64,000 bases of DNA, from assembly GCA_965197585.1 (NCBI GenBank), contig OZ240215.1, positions 1,088,001 to 1,152,000 on the forward strand, given 5' to 3'. This DNA is from Dehalococcoidia bacterium. Lineage in GTDB: Bacteria > Chloroflexota > Dehalococcoidia > Plut-88900. This document shows positions 56,797 through 64,000 of the stretch, one piece after another; within the stretch, counting starts at the first letter, position 1, and every line of letters begins with the position of its first letter. The notes below the pieces were generated by a model. It was not told where the DNA came from. It searched no databases and saw only the letters and a program-made list of their open reading frames with translations. A program made the position numbers and the translations under genes.

Positions 56797-57555
56797 TTAG
56801 CCCCTCCCCACAAACGGCATCTTCGTAGCCATGATGTTCATGAAAAGCACGTTGGTGTCCAATGGCAGGTTCGCAATGAACAACACCGCCTCCGCCACCC
56901 TCTCCACATCAAAGGTCGACTCCACCTTCCGGGTCCCGTCCGGCTGAGGCACCCCTTTCGACATCTTCGCAGTCATCTCCGTCACCGCGTTCCCAATGTC
57001 TATCTGGCTGCAGGCGATGTCGTATTTCCTCCCGTCCAGAGCCGTCGATTTCGTCAATCCCACCATCCCATGCTTTGTCGCTGTGTAGGGTGCGGAGTTT
57101 GGCCTAGGGGTCTGCGCGGATATCGACCCGTTGTTGATTATCCGACCCCCCATCGGAGTCTGATCTTTCATCATCCTGAACGCCTCCTGCGTGCACAGGA
57201 ACGGCCCCGTGAGGTTTGCATCAACTACAGTCTTCCACTGCTCATAGGTCAGGTCTTCCAGCGGGCGCCCCGCGGCCCCGACCCCCGCGTTGTTGAACAG
57301 CACGTCCAGCCGTCCGAACACCTCCTTGGTCTTGGCAAACAGCCCCCTCACCGCTTCCGGGTCTCCCACGTCCGTCCTCACCACTATGGCATTCTTACCC
57401 TCTTCCCCCGCCTCCTCCCGCGTCTTTTCCAACAGTTCCGCCCGACGTCCCGCCAGAGCTACTGACCACCCGTCCTTCAGCAGCGCCAGCGCACAGCTCT
57501 TCCCGATTCCTGTCCCCGCACCCGTGATTATCACAACCTTGCCCGTGGAACTCAT
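56797..57555 (-). CDS. Short-chain dehydrogenase/reductase
   Basis: [18 protein letters not shown]. Confidence 0.93.
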   Translation of the reverse strand: MSSTGKVVIITGAGTGIGKSCALALLKDGWSVALAGRRAELLEKTREEAGEEGKNAIVVRTDVGDPEAVRGLFAKTKEVFGRLDVLFNNAGVGAAGRPLEDLTYEQWKTVVDANLTGPFLCTQEAFRMMKDQTPMGGRIINNGSISAQTPRPNSAPYTATKHGMVGLTKSTALDGRKYDIACSQIDIGNAVTEMTAKMSKGVPQPDGTRKVESTFDVERVAEAVLFIANLPLDTNVLFMNIMATKMPFVGRG

Positions 57556-57673
57556 TTACATAACCTCCGAACTTAGCCTTGTGAAACGACATAATAGTAG
57601 AGCTGGTTGTTTGCCATCTCCGACTGCCGACGATAGTATATCCGCAAGCCGAATCCCTTTCGAGGAGCGCACC

Positions 57674-58825
57674 ATGAACGATTCCATGACCTACGTCGAT
57701 GTCGACGGACACATCCTCGAACCACCCAACATGTGGAAAGAGTACATAGAGCCCGAGTACCGTGACGGTGCCGTCCAGATTCTGCTCGACGACAAGGGCC
57801 TGGAATATCTGAGCGTCGCCGGGGCGACCTCATGGTTCATGCAGGGCGGTGTCCTCGGTAACATTGCCGGCATTGGGCAAGACGTCCGGGAGCACCTAAC
57901 GCCCGGCTCCATCACCTACGAAGAGTCACTGCTCCCCGGCGGCTATGACCCCCACGAGCGCATCAAGGTCATGGACGAAGAGGGCATTGACGTCTCGATC
58001 CTCTACCCGTCCCTGGGTCTCTGCTGGGAAGACGTCTGCTCCGACCCCAAGCTCGCCGCCGCCAACTGCCGCGCCTATAACAACTGGATGATCGACTTCT
58101 GTCGCCCCTACCCGGACCGTCTCCACGCCGCCGCCCACATCCCCGCCCTCGACGTCGAGGAAGCGGTGAGGGAGCTTAGGAGGGTGGCAGGCCTGGGCGT
58201 CAAATCGGCCATGCTGATCTCCGCCGCCCCCGACGGCCTCGCCTTCGGCAACCCTCGCTTCGATCCCCTCTGGGCCGAGGCCCAGGAGATCGGCATCCCC
58301 ATCTCCTTCCATCCCACCGGCAGCTTCACGTCCATCGGAAACCACTTCTACCCCACCCCTGAAGACTCCTCCGTCTGGTGGGTCTACGTAGTCGCCTCCG
58401 ACGAAGTCAAGTACCAGTACACATCCCTGCTCGGCGACGGCGTCCTGGAGAAATTCCCGGAACTCAAAATCGTCTTACTGGAGTCGGGGGTCGGGTGGCT
58501 CGCCTTCTGGATCGACCGCATGGACCAGAAATACGAGGTCAACGGCTTCACAACTCCTATGAATATGCTGCCCAGCGAGTATTTCCAGAGGCAGACCTGG
58601 ATTGCCATAGAACCCGACGAACGCCTGGCCCAATTCAGCATCGAAGCCCTCGGCGCGGATAAGTTCTTCTGGGCCTACGACTATCCTCACTCGGACTCAG
58701 TGACCGAGCCGCTCACTAAGCTCAAAGACACCCTTGCCCCCCTCCCCGAAGCCTCCCAGCGAATGGTCGCCGGAGAAAACGCCATCGCGCTCTACGATTT
58801 AAAGGTAGGTGCCGCACGGGTTTAA
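57674..58825 (+). CDS. Amidohydrolase family 2 protein
   Basis: DVDGHILE, LESGVGW, DYPHSD. GAGGAG RBS before ATG 57674. Confidence 0.9.
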   Translation: MNDSMTYVDVDGHILEPPNMWKEYIEPEYRDGAVQILLDDKGLEYLSVAGATSWFMQGGVLGNIAGIGQDVREHLTPGSITYEESLLPGGYDPHERIKVMDEEGIDVSILYPSLGLCWEDVCSDPKLAAANCRAYNNWMIDFCRPYPDRLHAAAHIPALDVEEAVRELRRVAGLGVKSAMLISAAPDGLAFGNPRFDPLWAEAQEIGIPISFHPTGSFTSIGNHFYPTPEDSSVWWVYVVASDEVKYQYTSLLGDGVLEKFPELKIVLLESGVGWLAFWIDRMDQKYEVNGFTTPMNMLPSEYFQRQTWIAIEPDERLAQFSIEALGADKFFWAYDYPHSDSVTEPLTKLKDTLAPLPEASQRMVAGENAIALYDLKVGAARV

Positions 58826-58839
58826 CGTAAGGGCAGGGC

Positions 58840-58963
58840 AATCCGTTCGCCCTAATGCTCTCGAAGGGTCAAGCTGTGGGTGCCCGTCGATGCGTCTACC
58901 GAACAGACTCAGGGGGGTAATCCGTTCGCCCTGAGCCGAGTCGAAGGGTCTCCCGAACGGATT
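58840..58963. repeat. Two REP-like AATCCGTTCGCCCT..TCGAAGGGTC units between convergent genes
   Basis: Copies at 58840-58870 and 58919-58950. The second is closed by CGAACGGATT. Confidence 0.7.
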
Positions 58964-58985
58964 CGAGGTGGGGACAAACCCCCCA

Positions 58986-60125
58986 CTACTCGATAAACCC
59001 GTAGAGCTTACCCGCATTCGTACGAGTGATCTTTTCCCGTGCCCCGGCAGGAACACCCGCCAGATTCTCCTCAATGGTAGCCAGGGAGTCGGGCCAGACG
59101 CCATCCGGGTGCGGGTAGTCGGAGCCCCAGATAATGTTGTCCTCTCCCATAAGAGGCACCATGCCCGGATCGATGGTCTCCTTCTGGTAGGTGGAGAAGC
59201 CCTGCCTGAGCCAGAACTCGCGGGGCGTCATCGATAAGTTTAGGTGATAGAAGCGGTCCTCGTACTCATGGTCCATCCTGTCCAGAACATAGGGCAGCCA
59301 GCTCACACCACTCTCTCCCAGCACGAACCTCAGCCCCGGGTGCCGATCGCACGCCCCCGAGAATATGACACTGGCCAGGTACTCCACCCCCGATAGCTGG
59401 AACATTGTGATCCGCACCGCCTTGTATCGCCTCTCGTACTCTTCCGCCTCCTCAGGGTCCGGCTGACGAGGAGTGAACCCGACAGTGTGGAAAGATATCG
59501 GGGCCTGTGTCTCCTCCGCTGCTTCCCACAACACGTCCCAGTTCTCGTGGTACATAGGTTTGCTCGCAGAGGCCACTGCAAAGTCCGCCCCCCGCAGCCC
59601 CAGCCCCGAGGCCCTTCTAAGCTCCGATGCCGCTTCCGCCGGATCATGGTTGGGAATGCAGGCCAGCGCCCTGAATCGCTCCGGGTTCGACTTGCAGAAG
59701 TCCGCCGCCCAGTCATTGTAGATGCGATAGACCAGGGACATCGCCTCGGGGTCCTTTAGGTTCAGTCCGACCCCAAGGATGCCGTATATGACCTCGGCCT
59801 CCACACCGTCCAGGTCTTGGTCCTTCGCCCTCAGCTCCGGGGTGGTTGGGTGAAACAGGCCCTTCGCGCCGTCCTCGTAGAAGCCCAGCGAGATCATCCT
59901 GTCCAACCGTTTGGACCAGCCTTTCTCCACTTTTTCACCCGTGAACCCCAGCCCCCCGACCCCTCCCAGCTCAATCCCGTTCGCCCTCCACGATGTTCCC
60001 CGCTCGTCCACCACCACCCGAGGCATCTTCGCTGCCATGTCAGCGGGGGCATTTGAAGCGAACAGGTCGCCCGGCAGCCAGGTTAGATCAACGTGAGAGT
60101 CCCCGGAGATAATCGTGTATTCCAT
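58986..60125 (-). CDS. Amidohydrolase family 2 protein
   Basis: ISGDSHV, DQDLDGV, ESGVSWLPY, WGSDYPHPD. Confidence 0.9.
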   Translation of the reverse strand: MEYTIISGDSHVDLTWLPGDLFASNAPADMAAKMPRVVVDERGTSWRANGIELGGVGGLGFTGEKVEKGWSKRLDRMISLGFYEDGAKGLFHPTTPELRAKDQDLDGVEAEVIYGILGVGLNLKDPEAMSLVYRIYNDWAADFCKSNPERFRALACIPNHDPAEAASELRRASGLGLRGADFAVASASKPMYHENWDVLWEAAEETQAPISFHTVGFTPRQPDPEEAEEYERRYKAVRITMFQLSGVEYLASVIFSGACDRHPGLRFVLGESGVSWLPYVLDRMDHEYEDRFYHLNLSMTPREFWLRQGFSTYQKETIDPGMVPLMGEDNIIWGSDYPHPDGVWPDSLATIEENLAGVPAGAREKITRTNAGKLYGFIE

Positions 60126-60261
60126 CGCACTCATCCCTCCCAATCGTCACGAGTTGCCCCGCATATGTCCTAGGCCGCCACAGTCCGATCAACTGGATTA
60201 TATACAATCCCGCCCGACAATAGTTGGGGGCTTGTTGTAACTCACGGAAGTGACAATACCT

Positions 60262-60292
60262 GTCCCCGTAGGGGCGATTCGCGAATCGCCCT
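60262..60292 (+). repeat. GTAG-type REP element
   Basis: GTCCCCGTAGGGGCGA-TTCGCGAA-TCGCCC. The identical 16-mer recurs at 63521-63536. Confidence 0.7.
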
Positions 60293-60364
60293 CCCCCCAA
60301 CCTCCGCGTAAATCCACTCCGGCAGGTCAAAGAGCGGGTGGAATATCGTGGTTGGGGGTCCCAC

Positions 60365-60473
60365 TCCCCTCTCTCGATGAGTCGCAGATGCGCTGAGGCG
60401 TGACCCTTGCATAACCTGTGTTGGAAGGGCGTGGGGCCGCTCGTGCTGAGGCTCTCGAAGTATGAGCGGGGGG
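60365..60473. repeat. Composite interspersed repeat, copy A
   Basis: Shares GATGAG/ACCYTTGYATRACCTGT..GGGGCCGCTYGTGCTG/AGGCTCTCGAAGTATGAG with 62160-62263 and 62321-62459. Confidence 0.8.
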
Positions 60474-60642
60474 TGTTAGGCGAGCTGGACGGAACAACAT
60501 ATGCGATCTGCAGCTACACGAAGATCCCCCGAGGGCCGTGGATACGCCTCTATCGTGAAGGGATTGAGAGGGAGGGTGTTTCGAGGATTCCAATCAGAAC
60601 CAATCGCAGCCGCGCATCGGCCTCATGGGGAAAAGGGGTGAT

Positions 60643-60692
60643 AAAAAAGAAGAGAAAAAGAAGGGGCCTCTCCCGACACGAGAAGCCCTCTT
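60643..60692 (-). terminator. Intrinsic terminator of the RRM gene
   Basis: Imperfect hairpin at 60661-60692 followed by a long U-rich tract on the minus strand. Confidence 0.6.
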
Positions 60693-60718
60693 CAATTAGC
60701 GGTCAGTTAGGGGTTTGG

Positions 60719-60997
60719 TTACCAGGAACGTCGGTTGTTCGAGGGCGCACGGTTGGCCCGGGGCCTCGCTTCGTTTACTGTCACGTTGCGACCGTCGATT
60801 GCGGTGCCGTTCAGCCCTTCGATAGCTGACCTTGCGGCAGAGTCGTCACCAATTTCAACGAAACCGAAGCCGCGGGAACGGCCCGTCTCCCTGTCCGTGA
60901 TGACTACGGCGTCGTCGATGGTGCCGTAAGGCGCAAAGGCCTCCCTCAGATTTTCTTCCCGAGTGTCGTAGTTTAGGTTTCCTACGTAAATCTTCAT
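60719..60997 (-). CDS. Single-RRM RNA-binding protein
   Basis: RNP2 IYVGNL, RNP1 RGFGFVE, VNEARPR. Confidence 0.95.
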   Translation of the reverse strand: MKIYVGNLNYDTREENLREAFAPYGTIDDAVVITDRETGRSRGFGFVEIGDDSAARSAIEGLNGTAIDGRNVTVNEARPRANRAPSNNRRSW

Positions 60998-61279
60998 AGC
61001 GGTTCTCCTTATTTTTGTATCCGTCGATTGCTGGAGGAACCGCCGGCGCTCAGTGTGTCGGTCCGAGGGGGCAGGGGTAACTCTCGATATCTCTGGACGC
61101 CAGTATTATACACCACATAGCAATAACGCGATCAATATCCCGGACACGGCCTCGCATTGCGCTAGTTTGCCACTCGAAAAGTGACACCATTTACTCTTTC
61201 AACATACCGGGTACAATTGACCTCCAAACAAAAGACTCACGGAACTAATTGCCCCACACGAGATTATCAGGAGGCCCCA

Positions 61280-62119
61280 ATGCCCAGCAGAATGTCTATT
61301 GGCAACGCCGAGCTCGTCGGAGTCCTCGACATGATTCCCCCCACCCGAGACCCCACCGCCTTCTTCAACACAACCACCCGTGACTCCTGGGCCCCTTACG
61401 CCGACGATGTTCTCGAAGAAGGCAGGCTCCAGCTCTATTTCGGCTGCTTCTTTGTCCGCACACCTGACAAATGTGTCCTCGTCGACACCGGCATGGGCCC
61501 CGGCCCCCACCCCGACCGCGAGAACCGCACCGGCGACCTTATCAACCAGCTCAAGGGCCAGGGCCTCCAGCCCGAGGACGTGGACATCGTCGTCCACACT
61601 CACCTCCACCCCGACCACGTAGGCTGGAACCTCCATTTCGAAAACGGCGAGGCAATCCCCTTCTTCCCGAACGCCGAGTACCTCGTCCCCCAAAAGGACT
61701 GGGACCACTTCACCGACCCTGAAAACCTGAAGTCGGCATCCTATGTTCGGGACTACGTCGTTCCCCTGGAAAAGCTAGGCTGCATGAGACTCATCGACGG
61801 AGAGGCCATCGTCACCGACCAGATTTCTACCCTACCCACCCCCGGCCACACCCCCGGCCATCAGGTCATCCTCATCAGCTCCCAGGGCGAGAAGGCCATG
61901 GTCGTCGGGGACGTGCTGCACAATGTGGTCCAGGTCCAGGAACCCAAGTGGTGCGCCCGCGTCGACATCAACAAGGACGACAGCCGCAGCAGCCGGGAAA
62001 AAGTCCTCTCTAAAGCCGAAAACGAGGGCTACACCATAGCCGCCGGCCACTTCCACCCTGACCGACACACCGGCCGCATAGTCCGCATGTCCGGCCGCCG
62101 CTACTGGCAAGCCCTCTAG
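61280..62119 (+). CDS. Metallo-beta-lactamase fold hydrolase
   Basis: LVDTG, THLHPDHVG, PGHTPGH, GDVLH, GHF. AGGAGG RBS. Confidence 0.9.
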   Translation: MPSRMSIGNAELVGVLDMIPPTRDPTAFFNTTTRDSWAPYADDVLEEGRLQLYFGCFFVRTPDKCVLVDTGMGPGPHPDRENRTGDLINQLKGQGLQPEDVDIVVHTHLHPDHVGWNLHFENGEAIPFFPNAEYLVPQKDWDHFTDPENLKSASYVRDYVVPLEKLGCMRLIDGEAIVTDQISTLPTPGHTPGHQVILISSQGEKAMVVGDVLHNVVQVQEPKWCARVDINKDDSRSSREKVLSKAENEGYTIAAGHFHPDRHTGRIVRMSGRRYWQAL

Positions 62120-62154
62120 TCACCCCTTACGCACCCCTATCGGAGGAATCTTAT

Positions 62155-62503
62155 CCCCGCTCCCTTGATGAGACCTTTGTATGACCTGTACTGGAGGGGC
62201 CGGGGCCGCTTGTGCTGTCGCAGATCCGCCGAGGCGGGAGGCTCTCGAAGTATGAGCGGGGGGAGGGAGGTAAAGTGATCTGAATGGCACGACAGACGTG
62301 ATCTACAGTCATGCTAATGCCCCTCGATGGGTCGCAAATGCTGCAAGTGTGCCTTTGGCGTGCGCCGAGGCGTAGCCTTTGCACAACCGGGGCTGGTGGG
62401 GCCGCTCGTGCTGTCGTAGATCCGCCGAGGCGGGAGGCTCTCGAAGTATGAGTGGGGGGCTCCTATCCCCTCTCCCTCGATGGGAGAGGGGATAGGGTGA
62501 GGG
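62155..62503. repeat. Composite interspersed repeat copies B and C plus a CCCCTCTCCC..GGGAGAGGGG palindrome
   Basis: Near-identical 62-nt cores at 62202-62263 and 62398-62459. Palindrome at about 62466-62492. Confidence 0.85.
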
Positions 62504-62567
62504 TGATCCGAGACTTGTAACGCACGTACCGAACAGTAACGCACAGTTCCACACAGGAGACACCACC

Positions 62568-63530
62568 GTGGAAAAAATCCTCGTCACCGGCGCCGCAGGC
62601 CAAATAGGCTCCGACCTCGTCCCCGAACTCCGACACCTTTACGGCAACGACAGCGTCATCGCCGCGGGCCACGTCACCCCACTACCCGAGGACATCCGAG
62701 CATCGGGCCCTTGCATCACCCTCGACGTCCGGAGCTACGAAGACGTGGACCGCGTCCTCAAGGAGCACGGCATCACCGTCGTATACCACCTCAGCTCCCT
62801 CCTCTCCGTCCTCGCCGAGGCCAACCGACCCCTTGCTTACGCCGTCAATTTCACCGGCAACTTCAACATCCTGGAAGCCTCCCTGTCCAACGGTGTGAAG
62901 AGGGTCAACCTCCCAAGCTCCATCGCCGTCTTCGGCGCTGACGCCTCCAGCCTCCACACCCCCAACGACGTATCTCTGAATCCGACCTCCCTCTACGGCG
63001 TCTCCAAAGTTTACGGCGAGAATATGGGCACCTATTACCGGCACCTCGGACTGGACGTGCGCGGCACCCGGCTCCCGGGCATCATCAGCTGGAAGACCGA
63101 GCCCACCGCCGGCACCACCGACTACGCCGTCGCCATCTTCTACGGCGCAATCTCCGAGGGCAGATACACCTGCTACCTCCGCCCTGACACCGCCCTCCCA
63201 ATGATGTACATGCCCGACGCCATCCGCTCTCTCATCCTCCTCGACCAGGCCGACCCCTCCCGCCTCATCCACTCCGCCAACTTTAACCTTACCGCTATGT
63301 CATTCACTCCCGCTCAGATTGCCCACGAGATCGAGGCGCGCATCCCCGGCTTCCAGATCGACTACGAAGTAGACCCCTTACGCCAGGCCATCGCCGACTC
63401 CTGGCCCGACTCCATAGACGACTCCCCCGCCCGCGAAGAATGGGACTGGAAATCCAAATACAACCTACCCACCATGGTCGACGACATGCTAACCAACCTC
63501 CGCCCAAAACTCGCCTCCCCGTCCCCGTAG
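62568..63530 (+). CDS. NAD-dependent epimerase/dehydratase, L-threonine 3-dehydrogenase-like (extended SDR)
   Basis: TGAAGQIG, PSSIAVFG, YGVSK, GTTDYAV, LPMMYMPDA, RQAIADSWP. Confidence 0.88.
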   Translation: MEKILVTGAAGQIGSDLVPELRHLYGNDSVIAAGHVTPLPEDIRASGPCITLDVRSYEDVDRVLKEHGITVVYHLSSLLSVLAEANRPLAYAVNFTGNFNILEASLSNGVKRVNLPSSIAVFGADASSLHTPNDVSLNPTSLYGVSKVYGENMGTYYRHLGLDVRGTRLPGIISWKTEPTAGTTDYAVAIFYGAISEGRYTCYLRPDTALPMMYMPDAIRSLILLDQADPSRLIHSANFNLTAMSFTPAQIAHEIEARIPGFQIDYEVDPLRQAIADSWPDSIDDSPAREEWDWKSKYNLPTMVDDMLTNLRPKLASPSP

Positions 63531-63566
63531 GGGCGACCGGCCGGTCGCCTTCCTTGCCGCCGCCCC

Positions 63567-64000
63567 CTACCCCAACCCCTCCACCGCCCCAATCCCGACA
63601 GGCAACTCACCCCGCTCCACCGCCTTGACCTTCTTCACCAGCCCCTCATTGATCGAGACATCCACCCCCGCCTCCCGACCCTTCGCCACCACCAACCCGT
63701 TTAGGTACTCGATCTCCAGCCGACGCCCCTTCTCCATGTCCTGCGCTGTCGAAGACCGACCCGATTCCTGATATTTCTCCGCCGCCTGCATTAGAGAAAG
63801 TTCAAGCTCTTCCAGCCCCTGACCCCGCCCCGCAGCCAGCCACACCTCGGGGGCCTTTCCACCTATGGGCACCAGCGTAAGGCCGATGGCCTGCCCGACT
63901 CCCACAGCCTCAGCCGCCAGACGTATCGTCAGCCTCCTGACCTCGGCGGTCATGACCATCTCCCGGCTGCTTAGGCCCGTGATCGCCTGCAGGCCGTTCC
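63567..64000 (-). CDS. Ketopantoate reductase family, C-terminal part (truncated by window edge)
   Basis: SSTAQDMEKGRRLEIEYLNGLVV matches the PanE/ApbA C-terminal signature. Confidence 0.8.
   Translation of the reverse strand, partial: NGLQAITGLSSREMVMTAEVRRLTIRLAAEAVGVGQAIGLTLVPIGGKAPEVWLAAGRGQGLEELELSLMQAAEKYQESGRSSTAQDMEKGRRLEIEYLNGLVVAKGREAGVDVSINEGLVKKVKAVERGELPVGIGAVEGLG

Noticed and set aside
57290-57673. N-terminal extension of the amidohydrolase (511-aa ORF)
   Set aside because: Antisense to the SDR gene; the RBS and domain start indicate ATG 57674.
60407-60829. 140-aa plus-strand ORF
   Set aside because: Composed of repeat sequence, the terminator purine tract and the antisense of the RRM gene.
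62155-62503. CRISPR array
   Set aside because: Only two or three long, imperfect, irregularly spaced copies and no cas genes; fits REP-like elements.

Overview
GC-rich bacterial chromosomal window, most likely Chloroflexota (Dehalococcoidia/SAR202-like). That assignment is inferred from gene content: six amidohydrolase paralogs, tandem GMC oxidoreductases, and an rpmH-rnpA-yidD-beta-propeller-yidC-jag block. The window holds catabolic enzymes, a DtxR-regulated ferric-iron ABC transporter, sbcC, cmk-glmS-pckA, archaeal-type PEP carboxylase (ppcA), a REC-PP2C/SBP/histidine kinase cluster, tRNA-Pro(TGG), tRNA-Ala(TGC) and several REP-like repeat families. The most striking element is an intact, translationally coupled three-gene cassette (small-terminase-like ORF, 73-aa TM protein, large terminase) divergent from rpmH. 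It has no portal, capsid or integrase nearby, an SOS-box-like palindrome in its promoter, and inverted local G/C skew, making it a candidate domesticated or GTA-like DNA-packaging module. Other notable items are a 21-nt hairpin mini-element inserted at different sites in copies of a longer repeat, two non-canonical start codons, two enzymes with degenerate catalytic residues, tandem CD225/dispanin genes, and an excisionase-bearing relic. No rRNA or CRISPR array was seen. Family calls come from motif recognition by eye, not from database searches.
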